Assembly (NCBI GenBank): GCA_048938105.1
Contig: JBHLMN010000019.1
Coordinates: 32,001 to 96,000 of the forward strand
Direction of reading: 5' to 3'
DNA length: 64,000 nt
Origin: Promethearchaeota archaeon
GTDB taxonomy: Archaea > Asgardarchaeota > Heimdallarchaeia > Hodarchaeales > Hodarchaeaceae
This document shows positions 29,748-40,330 of this stretch, piece after piece. Both the position numbers and the translations under genes were made by a program. How positions within the stretch are numbered: the stretch's first letter is position 1; every line of letters starts with the position of its first letter. The notes under the pieces were generated by a model, which saw nothing but the letters and a program-made list of their open reading frames with translations, searched no databases and had not been told where the DNA came from.

Positions 29748-30359
29748 TTAAACACTTATTTGAGATTCTCTCCATTTCTTATAATTCTTAAGACAAACTG
29801 GACAACAAAAATAATGGCGAATATCGTCGAATTTTACTGATTCGTAATCATCATTTATCTGCTTACCACAATATTCACAACGAACATTTAGGAGTTGACT
29901 ATGTTTAGGAATTCTATGAGGGTTGGAAAAGACCTCTTTCAAAAGTATACTTATTTTTGCCCCCTCAATATTGGGATAAGCTTTTATTTCTTCAAATAGA
30001 ATTTGGTGCATTGATAATGCTTGTATCTGAGTTATTATCAAGAAATTAAATTCGTCTAATACTTCAAATACTTCTTTTACTTCACTTAATGATGTTAGAT
30101 ATTCAAGTAAATCTTTCTTCTTATCTTTATTAATTTTAATTTTTATTAGAGCAGCACTCTCATTCGTTAATGAGTGAGGGTTTAAATAAATACCAATATG
30201 ATGGATGACTCCAATTTTCATCAGCTTTTCAATCCGAGATTTCACTGTAGGAACTGTGAGGTTAATTTCAGTAGCTATCTCGGAATAAGTTGCCCTTCCA
30301 TTCTCATTTAAACGATTTAGAATTGTTAGATCAATATTGTCTAATTTTATTTTCATCAT
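29748..30359 (-). CDS. Lrp/AsnC-family regulator with C-terminal TRASH domain (CopR/CopT-like)
   Basis: LDNIDLTIL..L.ENGR.TYSEIA HTH; CEYCGK...YFCCPVC; divergent from the copper operon. Confidence 0.88.
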   Translation of the reverse strand: MMKIKLDNIDLTILNRLNENGRATYSEIATEINLTVPTVKSRIEKLMKIGVIHHIGIYLNPHSLTNESAALIKIKINKDKKKDLLEYLTSLSEVKEVFEVLDEFNFLIITQIQALSMHQILFEEIKAYPNIEGAKISILLKEVFSNPHRIPKHSQLLNVRCEYCGKQINDDYESVKFDDIRHYFCCPVCLKNYKKWRESQISV

Positions 30360-30420
30360 AGAATCACAATAACAAAGATTTTTTCGAGCTTTTAGAATTT
30401 AATTAAAATTTTAAAGCAGT

Positions 30421-30571
30421 TGATTTTAAGAAAATCATTTTTACCCTTTCTATCAATTTGTAGATTACTAGGTTATCAATTCTCATTCCAATTTGATCTA
30501 GTTTTATGTTAATTTAAGCAATAGTTCATCTGATTCTTCAATCATAGAAGATTAAAAGGATTATCAATCCT
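30421..30571. promoter_or_regulatory. Two perfect palindromes in the divergent copR/cop promoter region (candidate operators)
   Basis: TGATTTT-AAG-AAAATCA at 30421-30437 and AGGATT-ATC-AATCCT at 30557-30571. Confidence 0.35.
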
Positions 30572-30817
30572 ATTTACGAATTCATTTACAAAATATTTTT
30601 TATAGATAATAAAATAATTTGTTTAATGAGTAACAAACTCACATAATTTAGTATTATTATTTTTCTGAGCTTTTTAATTTCTTTAATTTTTAAGTACATA
30701 GATCCTTAAGAAAACAAAAATCTCGAATGATCAGAAAGATTCACTAATATAGATCGAAAAATGGTTAATTTCTAGAAAATGAAGATAATAGCATGAGAAA
30801 ACGAAGAATGAACAATT

Positions 30818-31021
30818 ATGGTGATTTTAATGTCAGAAATGTTAAAGTGTCAAGTATGTGAATACACAGAACCAGTACCCATTCATTGTAATCAACCAAT
30901 GCATGTAGAATCAATTGAGGGTATTGAGAAATTAGTTTGCTGGATGGGTCCAGATTGTGGAGTGGAAGATCTCCCTTCCCACCACGATAAAGCAATGAAA
31001 ATTGTATCAGTAAATGAATAA
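30818..31021 (+). CDS. Small Cys/His metal-binding protein, putative copper chaperone
   Basis: [13 protein letters not shown]...[12 protein letters not shown]; nearly identical in pattern to the N-terminus of the adjacent CopA. Confidence 0.75.
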   Translation: MVILMSEMLKCQVCEYTEPVPIHCNQPMHVESIEGIEKLVCWMGPDCGVEDLPSHHDKAMKIVSVNE

Positions 31022-31038
31022 AATTTAGGTTATTTTTA

Positions 31039-33885
31039 ATGCCAGAAATGTTGAAATGTCAAGAATGTGATTATACAGAAGCAGTTCCTATACACTGCAA
31101 ACAACCAATGCATGTAGATACAGTTGGGGGCGAAGAACAATTAGTGTGTTGGATGGGCGCCTCCTGTGGGGTACAAAATATTCCAACTCATCATGGGAAA
31201 CCAATGCAAATAGTGGTTGATTTGGGATTAACAACGCAGGAAAAAAAACTTCAGGAAACTGGCTTACTTCATTCTGCAACAGAAACTCATCACGAAGAGA
31301 AGCCTTTAACAGCTCCATTACTTCCCTCTCAAGAATACCAGGAAGCGAGCTTAGGAATTGTAGGCATGACTTGTGCTTCCTGTGTATCCACAATTGAGAA
31401 AGGATTAAACAAAGTTGAGGGTGTCTTGAAAACTTCAGTCAATTTAATGACAGAAAAAGCTACTGTTAGATACGATCCTACCATTACTGATGTTGATAAA
31501 TTGATTCAGACTGTGGAAAGTGTCGGATATGGAGCCAAAGATATATCCTCCACTCCAAAAAGTGGTTTAAAGACTCTTGATCTGAATATTACAGGTATGA
31601 CTTGTGCGAGCTGTGTTAATACTATTGAATCCACCTTAAATAAACAAAATGGGATAACAGAAGTTGTCGTTAACCTCATGACAGAAAGAGCTCGTATGAA
31701 GTTTAATCCTAAAATTATCTCTGTGAATACAATAATTGATACTATTAGAAGTGTTGGTTATGACGCTAAGAAAATATCCACCTATAGAATCACATCTGAA
31801 GATAGAGAAAGTCTTGAGCGAGCTAGAGAGTTACGAATTCAACAATTACGGTTATTAACTGCAATTCTACTGAGTATTCCAATTTTACTTTTCAGTATGG
31901 GTTCAATGGTCGGATTTTCAATTAAGCTTCCCATCCCTGATAATTTGATTCTTGGAATTGACAATAATACCCTAATAGTCCTGTTTTTAACTATTCCAGT
32001 TATGTTTATCTCAGGTTGGCAGTTTCATCATGGAGCTCTGAAAGTTCTTCGTCATGGGCAATTTAATATGGATGTTCTTGTGTTTTTGGGAACGAATGCT
32101 GCCTTTTGGTATTCTATGATAAATATGATAATTCTTGGTGGAGAAGAAATATTCTTTGAAACTGCAGCATTATTAATTACTTTTCTTCTCTTAGGGAAAT
32201 ATTTAGAAGCAAGAGCTAAAGGACAAACGTCAAAAGCAATTCGAAAACTTGTTGATTTGCAAGCTAAGGAGGCAATTATTCTTCGCAATGGTAAAGAAGA
32301 AAGAATTCCTATTGAAGAAGTAATTGTTGGAGATATACTTCTAGTTCGGCCTGGAGAGAAAATTCCTACAGATGGAGTAATTATTGAGGGTACTTCCAGT
32401 GTTGATGAATCTATGGTCACTGGGGAATCTATGCCAGTTAAGAAAACATTGAACAATAATGTTATTGGTGCAACATTGAATAAAACTGGATTACTTAAAA
32501 TAAAGGCCACAAAAGTTGGTTCCGAGACCGTTTTAGCCCAAATTATACAATTGGTAGAGAATGCTCAAGCTTCGAAGGCTCCAATTCAAAGACTTGCTGA
32601 TGTTGTTGCGGGTCGTTTTGTTCCAGCTGTAATATTGGTTTCAGTGATCACGTTCATCTTTTGGTATGGTATTGTATCAATTAATCTGCTACCGAGTTCT
32701 TTATGGGGACAAGAGCTTACCAATTTTATTTTTCCTTTTAAGCTTATGATAGCAGTATTAGTAATTGCTTGCCCGTGTGCTTTGGGATTAGCTACTCCAA
32801 CTGCAATTATGGTTGGCACAGGAAAAGGCGCAGAACAAGGAATTCTTATTAAAAGTGCTGAAGCTCTAGAAGGAGCTCATAAAATCAATGCTATAATTTT
32901 CGATAAGACTGGTACATTAACTAAAGGGAAACCAAAAGTAACAGATATTGTTGTTATTGCAGATGACAGAGAAGAGGATGAAGTTTTGAGAATAGTGGCC
33001 TCAGTAGAGAGAGGATCAGAACATCCCCTTGCAGAAGCGATCATTGAATCAGCAAAAGATAAAGGAATAGAATTATTTGAACCAAAAGACTTCCAGGCCA
33101 TTGCTGGTCATGGAATCAGAGCCCGAATTAATGGTGATATTATTATAGTCGGCAATCGTCGATTATTAGAAAAATATGGAATTTCTGTAAGTGAAATTCA
33201 AAATAACATCAAGATACTAGAAGAACAAGCAAAAACAGTAGTTATTTCAGCAATAAATCAGAAATTACTTGGAATACTCGCTATTGCTGATCCACTTAAG
33301 GAAAGCAGTAAGAAAGTAATTGAACAGTTGCAACAAATGGGTATAGACACTTACCTTGTTACAGGTGATAACGAACGTACTGCAAGAGCAATTGCGTCAC
33401 AAGTAGGCATAACTAATATCATGGCCGAAGTTTTACCTGAAAATAAAGCAAACATTGTTCAAAAACTACAAAAAGAAGGAAATATTGTTAGTATGGTTGG
33501 GGATGGAATAAATGATGCTCCAGCGTTGGCACAGGCAGATATTGGTATTGCTATCGGAAGTGGAACAGATATTGCAATAGAAACAGGAGATATTGTGCTT
33601 ATCAAAGAAGATTTAAGAGATGTGGTGGCTAGTATACAGCTAAGCCGGAAAACTATTTCAAAGATAAAACAAAACCTTTTCTGGGCATTTTTCTACAATA
33701 TGATAGGTATTCCTATCGCTGCTGGGATTTTATTCATTCCATTCGGTATAACACTAGTTCCTGAGGTTGCGGCTGCAGCCATGGCCTTTAGTTCGGTTTC
33801 TGTAGTGACAAATAGCTTATTGTTGAGATTTTATACTCCAGAGATCCAGCGAAAAACGCAAAGTTCAGGTAGTCAGGGATTTTAA
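31039..33885 (+). CDS. copA: Cu(I)-translocating P1B-type ATPase
   Basis: Two GMTCASC HMA domains, [32 protein letters not shown] and MAFSS Cu(I) ligands. Confidence 0.96.
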   Translation: MPEMLKCQECDYTEAVPIHCKQPMHVDTVGGEEQLVCWMGASCGVQNIPTHHGKPMQIVVDLGLTTQEKKLQETGLLHSATETHHEEKPLTAPLLPSQEYQEASLGIVGMTCASCVSTIEKGLNKVEGVLKTSVNLMTEKATVRYDPTITDVDKLIQTVESVGYGAKDISSTPKSGLKTLDLNITGMTCASCVNTIESTLNKQNGITEVVVNLMTERARMKFNPKIISVNTIIDTIRSVGYDAKKISTYRITSEDRESLERARELRIQQLRLLTAILLSIPILLFSMGSMVGFSIKLPIPDNLILGIDNNTLIVLFLTIPVMFISGWQFHHGALKVLRHGQFNMDVLVFLGTNAAFWYSMINMIILGGEEIFFETAALLITFLLLGKYLEARAKGQTSKAIRKLVDLQAKEAIILRNGKEERIPIEEVIVGDILLVRPGEKIPTDGVIIEGTSSVDESMVTGESMPVKKTLNNNVIGATLNKTGLLKIKATKVGSETVLAQIIQLVENAQASKAPIQRLADVVAGRFVPAVILVSVITFIFWYGIVSINLLPSSLWGQELTNFIFPFKLMIAVLVIACPCALGLATPTAIMVGTGKGAEQGILIKSAEALEGAHKINAIIFDKTGTLTKGKPKVTDIVVIADDREEDEVLRIVASVERGSEHPLAEAIIESAKDKGIELFEPKDFQAIAGHGIRARINGDIIIVGNRRLLEKYGISVSEIQNNIKILEEQAKTVVISAINQKLLGILAIADPLKESSKKVIEQLQQMGIDTYLVTGDNERTARAIASQVGITNIMAEVLPENKANIVQKLQKEGNIVSMVGDGINDAPALAQADIGIAIGSGTDIAIETGDIVLIKEDLRDVVASIQLSRKTISKIKQNLFWAFFYNMIGIPIAAGILFIPFGITLVPEVAAAAMAFSSVSVVTNSLLLRFYTPEIQRKTQSSGSQGF

Positions 33886-34107
33886 TAAATTTTTTTTTAT
33901 ATTAAATATATATAAAGTAGAAATTATTCTTATAGAAGTGAGGAGAGAAGATGATTTTTCGCATTCTGGAAAACAAACGACAGAATTATAAATTCCAAGA
34001 CTAGTGAAATTACCTGTTCAGAAAATTATCTTTTCTTGAACATTATCCAAAATAACTAGCCAGTACCTTTTAAGATGGTTTTCTGATTACTAGGAACGGA
34101 CTAAACG

Positions 34108-35109
34108 ATGTATGAAGCTGACCCAATCCAAAGCTTGGCCAATGTGGACTATTCCAGGGCTGAAACCTTTGGAGAAAGAGCTTGTTCGCTTTCACGACTC
34201 ATATCTAAGGGTTACAATGTTCCTAACGGGGTTGTGGTGAGTACTAAGGTGTTTAAGCGATTTTTAAATCTACTTCCAGGCGCAAAGAGAATAGATCAGT
34301 TAATAAATGAAGTAACTCCAGCTAATTTAGAAGAAACTGCTCTAGAAATACAAGAAATCATTACATATTCCCCTGTTCCCATGTCAATGGCCAACCCAAT
34401 TGCAGAAGAAATTTATAAACTATTAGGCAAAATAAAGTCTGATTCTGTTGTAATCAGAACATCAGCACATGTTGAGGATTCCTCTAGGCATGTATGTTAT
34501 GGTCGTGGAGTTTACTTTCATTTGAAAGAAATTCGAGACATTATACAAGTCATGAAAAACTGTTGGGCGTCCGCTTTCACTGCTGATGTTCTCAAGGATT
34601 TGATACAAGCAGGACTACCACCTGATAATGTAAATATCGCAATAATTGTTGAAGAGATGGTTTCAGCAAAAGTCAGTGGTATTATGTCTGTAAAAAATGA
34701 CATAAAGGATTTGCATATCAGAGCAAATTGGGGGACATCACCTCACGAGGAGGAGAATGGAGTCTGTTGTGATCACATTATTGTAGATGAAGAGAAAATT
34801 GGTGAACCTGTTGAAACATTCACTTCATACAAGGAAAGAATCTCAAAGATTCCCCCAGACAATCGACATGCAATCATAATTGAAAATAAGCCAGAACAAA
34901 AGAGAGAGTTGTCATTAAGGCAACAGGAAATCACAACTCTCGTGCATTTAGCAAAGAAGGTACGTCGCGATTTTGAGGTGGATTATGATATCGAGTTTGT
35001 TTTTGATCATGATGGTTCATTGTGGTTGCTTGATGCCATTCCACGAACAACTCATCGTAATTTCCATCGTATAGGTACCACCGTCGTATCTCGTGATTCA
35101 TCTCGGTGA
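34108..35109 (+). CDS. Stand-alone PEP synthase/PPDK N-terminal ATP-grasp domain protein, degenerate
   Basis: GYNVPNGVVVST, VIRTSAHVED, CWASAF, IIVEEMV...SG, DIEFV; lacks the phospho-His and C-terminal domains. Confidence 0.75.
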   Translation: MYEADPIQSLANVDYSRAETFGERACSLSRLISKGYNVPNGVVVSTKVFKRFLNLLPGAKRIDQLINEVTPANLEETALEIQEIITYSPVPMSMANPIAEEIYKLLGKIKSDSVVIRTSAHVEDSSRHVCYGRGVYFHLKEIRDIIQVMKNCWASAFTADVLKDLIQAGLPPDNVNIAIIVEEMVSAKVSGIMSVKNDIKDLHIRANWGTSPHEEENGVCCDHIIVDEEKIGEPVETFTSYKERISKIPPDNRHAIIIENKPEQKRELSLRQQEITTLVHLAKKVRRDFEVDYDIEFVFDHDGSLWLLDAIPRTTHRNFHRIGTTVVSRDSSR

Positions 35110-35247
35110 TAGAAATTATTCCTTTTTTTCAGGAGTTATTCTAAGATTTAAAAAGAATCATCCTACATCTCTTGTCAGATTGTATTGGATTTCTTCCTTA
35201 AAAGTGCTGAAATATTGGGAGAAGGGATATACTACTTTTTAGAGTAA

Positions 35248-36438
35248 TCATCCAGTAAATAATGCTAGTTCTAACGCTTCTTTGACTGGTGTACGTAATT
35301 GATAAAACACTTCCCGCCCACTTCTCGAATAGGTAACGATTTTTTCTTTAACCAAATTTTGACATTGATAGGTGAGAGAGGATTCTTTTATTCCAGTGCG
35401 TTCTTGCAGTTCTGAACGTTTTATTGTGCTATTTTGTTGTGCTATAAGGAGTAATTCTTCAAGTAATGGTTTCCAAGATAATGTAACACCTTTCAATTGA
35501 TTAAAAGACTGTATCAATGGAGAATTCCTGTTTTCAAGTACGGAATGAAGAACTGGCCATACTTTAGTTCTAATTTCATGATCACTTTGGAGATCATGCT
35601 TATATATAATTTTTAGTGCTGGACCAAAGCCTAAATATTGTGCAATACTGTGAATAAGTTCTGGGGTGATTTCTTGCCATGTTTCCTGATTTTCTAGGTT
35701 TGAAATTAAGTTCCTAACAAGCCACAGGGCTAACCCAGGCAATCCTAATGAAAGCTCTCCAACTGTCTTCAATGCTTCAGATGGTAAAAGACTTGGTTTT
35801 CCTATGGATTCTGTCCTTTTTCTGATAATTTTTTCAATTTCAAGCGGAGAGGGTCGTTTAAAATGAAATTCAAACGGTTCTGTCTCAAAAATTTTAATTC
35901 TGGAGGTTTCTTGAGTAATTCGTAGCCATTGTTGTTCTATACAATTTAGGATAGTTACAACTAATATTTTATCATGGCTTGAGCGATTGATAAGATCTTC
36001 ATGAGATTGATGAGTAAAATGGCTCCAAATAGGAAATATATTGTCAAAAAAAAAGATTTTAGTTGAATTAAAGTCAGCTTCATCCCACCAACTCCAGAAA
36101 TTGGAATCATAGGATCTATATTGTGCATAATCTTTCCCCCTATGTTGATTAAGTTCTATAGCTATTTGTCGAACTGTTGTAGTTTTTCCACTTCGTTGAG
36201 GCCCAATAACTGTTACTTGTGGGCATATTTCCTCTTCCAAAGAAGAAGCTTTCAGGATTTGACCTAGTCTCTCACTTAATCTTAGCCCCTCTCTCGTGAA
36301 AACGAACGAGTCTGGAGACTTTAAAACGAAATCGTCTTTGAATGCGTTAAGTGTTGAGCGTGTTTTTTTGAATTGATACTTCCAATCTTTTGCTTGCGAC
36401 TCACCCTTTTTAAAGGCATCATAAATAGAAGGCAGAAT
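35248..36438 (-). CDS. P-loop (AAA+/STAND-like) ATPase with C-terminal ArsR-type winged helix; start extended from 36240 to ATT 36438
   Basis: Walker A GPQRSGKT, Walker B IFFFDN, GLPGLA, ESSLTYQCQNL...RSGREVFYQL; 66 extra open codons upstream, preceded by AAGGAG. Confidence 0.7.
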   Translation of the reverse strand: MLPSIYDAFKKGESQAKDWKYQFKKTRSTLNAFKDDFVLKSPDSFVFTREGLRLSERLGQILKASSLEEEICPQVTVIGPQRSGKTTTVRQIAIELNQHRGKDYAQYRSYDSNFWSWWDEADFNSTKIFFFDNIFPIWSHFTHQSHEDLINRSSHDKILVVTILNCIEQQWLRITQETSRIKIFETEPFEFHFKRPSPLEIEKIIRKRTESIGKPSLLPSEALKTVGELSLGLPGLALWLVRNLISNLENQETWQEITPELIHSIAQYLGFGPALKIIYKHDLQSDHEIRTKVWPVLHSVLENRNSPLIQSFNQLKGVTLSWKPLLEELLLIAQQNSTIKRSELQERTGIKESSLTYQCQNLVKEKIVTYSRSGREVFYQLRTPVKEALELALFTG

Positions 36439-36825
36439 TCTATTTCTCCTTAAATATAGTGATTTATAAAATTTATTTTTTTTTAAGATAAAAACTGGAA
36501 AGAGAACCTACATTAATCGTAATACTTGAATCTTTTAAAATATTTGAAATTTGAAATATCCGACAATATTCCATATCTACATAATATGCTTTAGTCTTAA
36601 GAAAACTGGTATAATATTATAGAATTTAGCAAACAATAATGATTTTAAAATTCGAAAATAATTTCATATAGTTAATAGGAAGTTTTTTCGACTTTTTTTC
36701 TTATTTCAAAGGAAAATAATAACGTAGAGAACCTTTAGGATTTAAAAAGGAGGATAAATCAAAAATAATTGAAAAATAATTTTCGAGGGATAAATTCTTT
36801 TAGATCGCTAGTTTTCTCGTAATGG

Positions 36826-38028
36826 TTGGATTTAATCAAAATAGGATATTATGTTATGCTGGATTCTGATCTCTTTTTTTTGGATCGGTATTATTCGAAT
36901 ATCTTAGCTGTAATGAAAAACATGGGGTCTTTAAAATGGCTTCTTCCATTTTTCATTTTGCTCCATTTTCTCATTGGAGCTTTTATTCCTCCATTGGTGA
37001 CTAGTGATTTCGAACGAAACCTTTTTTATGGAAAAGCTTTTTGGAAACATGGTTTTCGTGTCTATGACATGACACCGATAAAAATAGATCCTTCTTATGA
37101 TGTTAGAGATCCTCTCACAGGAGAATATTCTTATCCCAATACCACTTATGATTATCCTACATTACAATTGCTCTTCTGGGCTGGATTATCCCCTCTCCCC
37201 TTTTCATCAATAATAGTAAAATGGTTCTTATCCTGTATTGATATTTTGAATTTCTTCATAATTTACTCTTTAATAATGAGCCGACAGAATGAAGAAAAGC
37301 AGCCAACGTTTTTTGAAAATGGCTTTGCTATGTCTTACCTTATATTATCTATCCCATTCTCGGCTATTGAGGGACAACCAACTGCAATAACTATTCTATT
37401 TCTTTTACTCCCTCTAAGTTTACACAGTCAACGGAAAATTTGTAGTTACTTAAGTATTGGGCTTGGATTTCAATGGAAATATATTTCACTCATTCTTCTT
37501 CCTTATCTCCTGATATTAGACCGTAATACAATTAAACAGGCATTATTGGGGCTTCTAGCCGTAGTAATTAGCATTATATTGCTTTCATTTCCACTTCTCT
37601 TTTCTAACTTTATTTTACGATATTTCGGTTTTTTCGGTAATTTGGGAGAATATTCTAGCCAACTCCCATCAAATCCTCTTTTTATATTTTATCCAAGTAT
37701 TTCATCTTTACTTTCCTCAGGAGTCCTGATTTTAGCGTTCTTATATTGGATAGGATTTTTTCCAAGAGAAAATTCTATTAGAATAAGTGTTGATGGAACT
37801 CTTGAACGTGCATATTGGCTCCCATCACTTATCCTTCTCATATTTTTAAAAATCTATACCACTGCATTTCCTTGGTACTGGCTTTGGTTTTTTCCCTGTT
37901 TAACCATCCTCCCACAAACGGATCGGCGTTTATTCACATTTTTATTAGTATGTACGTTTACCATCGGTATAATCGATTTCATTCAGATGACAGTGGGATT
38001 ATCAACTTTCATTGGATTCTTTTTTTAA
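36826..38028 (+). CDS. Polytopic membrane protein, GT-C fold glycosyltransferase-like (GT87/PIG-M-like)
   Basis: SDF after TM1, YDYPTLQLLF loop, EGQ, GLGFQWK, PWYWLW; about 10 TM segments. Confidence 0.6.
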   Translation: MDLIKIGYYVMLDSDLFFLDRYYSNILAVMKNMGSLKWLLPFFILLHFLIGAFIPPLVTSDFERNLFYGKAFWKHGFRVYDMTPIKIDPSYDVRDPLTGEYSYPNTTYDYPTLQLLFWAGLSPLPFSSIIVKWFLSCIDILNFFIIYSLIMSRQNEEKQPTFFENGFAMSYLILSIPFSAIEGQPTAITILFLLLPLSLHSQRKICSYLSIGLGFQWKYISLILLPYLLILDRNTIKQALLGLLAVVISIILLSFPLLFSNFILRYFGFFGNLGEYSSQLPSNPLFIFYPSISSLLSSGVLILAFLYWIGFFPRENSIRISVDGTLERAYWLPSLILLIFLKIYTTAFPWYWLWFFPCLTILPQTDRRLFTFLLVCTFTIGIIDFIQMTVGLSTFIGFFF

Positions 38029-38073
38029 GAGAAACAGGCGGTAAGTGTGATTCTGAGAGGATTGAATCTCTGA

Positions 38074-39426
38074 TTAGATATAAATACTTTTCTTCCGCTT
38101 AGGTAGAAGTATTGGAACATCAACTAATTCTCGATACATTTCAGGATGTTCAGTATGGATCGGGATCATAAATTGAGGCTGAATTTCATCCACGATCCTT
38201 TTAAGGTCGCTTCGGGGCGCGTGGCCCGAGGCATGATATTGTTTAAAGTCCAGATGAAAATGACGAATCCATTCCATCATTCGATTATAATCAATTAGTC
38301 CTTCTTCATCAAAAGGCTCCCCATGACTGTAAAAATAAGTAGATTCCTTCGGTTGAGGTTGAATATCAATAAGATCTGTTAGATTCCAGAAATCGCAATG
38401 AAAAACATATTCAGTTTGATCAAAACTTGGAAACTCAACCATTTTGTAGTTTTCAAACAGTTTTTGTTCCCACTGGTAGTATTTCCTCTTTGGTCGTTTG
38501 TAGATTTCGATATATGGATCATCTAAGCTGGGAATTTCCAAATGAGGATCGTCTTGTAACAACTGAATCAAATAAGCTTGTTTTATATTTATTAGAAGTT
38601 TTCGACCATTTTTCTTAGCAGAAAAATAAAACGATCGAAAACGATCAATATCCCGTAGACTGTAATTGGCGATGGCTAATCCATCTGTTTTGGCCATCGA
38701 ATCTGCTAGTTCTTCTTGTAATTTTTTCTCATTCATGTCAAAATCTTCATTTATATTTGTACCTTCAATTAGAAGAGCGTTAAGGTTTTTTTTCTTAGCA
38801 ATTTCGATAAAATCTTGAGTTAAATCTTCTCTCCACCCATGTAAACGCAGATCCCCAGTATATCCAATTATTCGCTCCTTATTTCCTTCAAGAATAAAAC
38901 CATAAGACCCAGGTAAAGAATGGTCGACATGGATAGGTGTTACTTCAAAATCAGGAATCTGGATTATATCGCCAGTACGAAAAGTCCTAACATTTGATGG
39001 ATAATCAGCAGTGGCTTGCCTGATATAGGGCTGCCTAAAACGAGTGCGGGTAGTATCTTGGATCGATTGAATTATTGTGGCAGTTGTTTCACCCATATAG
39101 ATAGGAATGTCCTCATGAAGTAAATTTAGATTTCCAAAATGATCTAAATGTGCATGGGACAGAAAACACGCATGAATACTAGGTTTAGTGAACTCGTCAT
39201 CTATAGCAAATTTTTGAGCATAAAAGCCTTGGATTTTAGGCAGGATGTCAAACTCAAGGAAATCCTTAAGGCCTTGGTGAGTACGAGGAAGTAAAAATCC
39301 TTCAAAGTAGGTACCCTCTCGTTTGAACGATCTCCCGAAATCTAACAAAATTTTTGTATTATTTGATTCTAAAAGAAAACAATTTCCTCCAACCTCATTA
39401 ACACCACCATATGGGATTAATTTCAT
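38074..39426 (-). CDS. Beta-CASP metallo-beta-lactamase ribonuclease (RNase J-like); likely start ATG 39426 (ORF track 39534)
   Basis: GGVNEVGGN, LLDFG, SHAHLDH, VDHS, YTGDLR, HASGHA, PIHTEHP. Confidence 0.88.
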   Translation of the reverse strand: MKLIPYGGVNEVGGNCFLLESNNTKILLDFGRSFKREGTYFEGFLLPRTHQGLKDFLEFDILPKIQGFYAQKFAIDDEFTKPSIHACFLSHAHLDHFGNLNLLHEDIPIYMGETTATIIQSIQDTTRTRFRQPYIRQATADYPSNVRTFRTGDIIQIPDFEVTPIHVDHSLPGSYGFILEGNKERIIGYTGDLRLHGWREDLTQDFIEIAKKKNLNALLIEGTNINEDFDMNEKKLQEELADSMAKTDGLAIANYSLRDIDRFRSFYFSAKKNGRKLLINIKQAYLIQLLQDDPHLEIPSLDDPYIEIYKRPKRKYYQWEQKLFENYKMVEFPSFDQTEYVFHCDFWNLTDLIDIQPQPKESTYFYSHGEPFDEEGLIDYNRMMEWIRHFHLDFKQYHASGHAPRSDLKRIVDEIQPQFMIPIHTEHPEMYRELVDVPILLPKRKKSIYI

Positions 39427-39434
39427 TGCTCCCA

Positions 39435-40235
39435 TCACCTTTTTTGGAAAATCAGGGCATAATGGTGGTGAATATTCGGCACAAAGGAATATGGATATCC
39501 ATAAGGCCTTAAAGTTTTCTGGTTCTGTAACCAAATACGTTCTCCCAAGAATTTATAGTCTTCAATTAAATTAAGGGCCAAATTAAAAGCTAATGGGTTG
39601 ATTTCTCCTTTATCACGAATATTTTGAATGAAAATCACTAGATGACCACGTTCCCGTAAATGAGCTTTAATGTGCTTAAAAAAGGAGATTAGTTCCAAAA
39701 GAAATGGCTTTTGTTCCTCAATCATTCCTAAATCTTTAGGATGTTCTCCGTATTGGAGATCTAATCCTTTTTGTAAACGTTCTTGTTGGTTATAATCTTT
39801 TTTTTTCTTTAATATTCGCCAATACGGGGGTGAGGTGATGCAAAGAGCAAATTTTCTCCCATTCGTCTCAAATGTTTGAATAATCTCACGTGCATCTCCC
39901 TGATGAACAGGAAGATTCGTACGAGATCGGGCTGTCTTTACATACTTATCATATAGCTCTATCCCGACTCCTTTTCGCCCACACTCATCACAAGCTACTA
40001 AAGTTGATCCTGTACCGACAAAAGGGTCTAGTACATTATCACCAGGTTTAGTAAAGAATTCGATAAACTCACGAATCATTGAAGGAGGAAACGAAGCTGG
40101 ATGAAGGTCTATTTCATGTGAAATATCACTGGGTTTCCCATCAACAATGAACCATGATTTTGTAAAACGGATCCATTGACGTCCTGTAAGAGCATTGAGC
40201 TTGTTACGGGGGTCAATCTGTGGTTTTTCGTCCAT
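39435..40235 (-). CDS. Small alpha-type DNA amino-methyltransferase (likely N4-cytosine); likely start ATG 40235
   Basis: HPASFP, FFTKPGDNVLDPFVGTGST, ITSPPYW. Confidence 0.88.
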   Translation of the reverse strand: MDEKPQIDPRNKLNALTGRQWIRFTKSWFIVDGKPSDISHEIDLHPASFPPSMIREFIEFFTKPGDNVLDPFVGTGSTLVACDECGRKGVGIELYDKYVKTARSRTNLPVHQGDAREIIQTFETNGRKFALCITSPPYWRILKKKKDYNQQERLQKGLDLQYGEHPKDLGMIEEQKPFLLELISFFKHIKAHLRERGHLVIFIQNIRDKGEINPLAFNLALNLIEDYKFLGERIWLQNQKTLRPYGYPYSFVPNIHHHYALIFQKR

Positions 40236-40330
40236 TTCTAACCAACTTCCCACATTTGGGGTCTTGCTTAAAAATATTTAAACTTTTCAATGTTCCTTAT
40301 CTCAATAATTCTATCGGATGTTAATTTGTC

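Noticed and set aside
39427-39534. 100-nt overlap between the MTase and the beta-CASP ORF
   Set aside because: Artefact of the longest-ORF start; ATG 39426 with an AGGTG SD removes the overlap.
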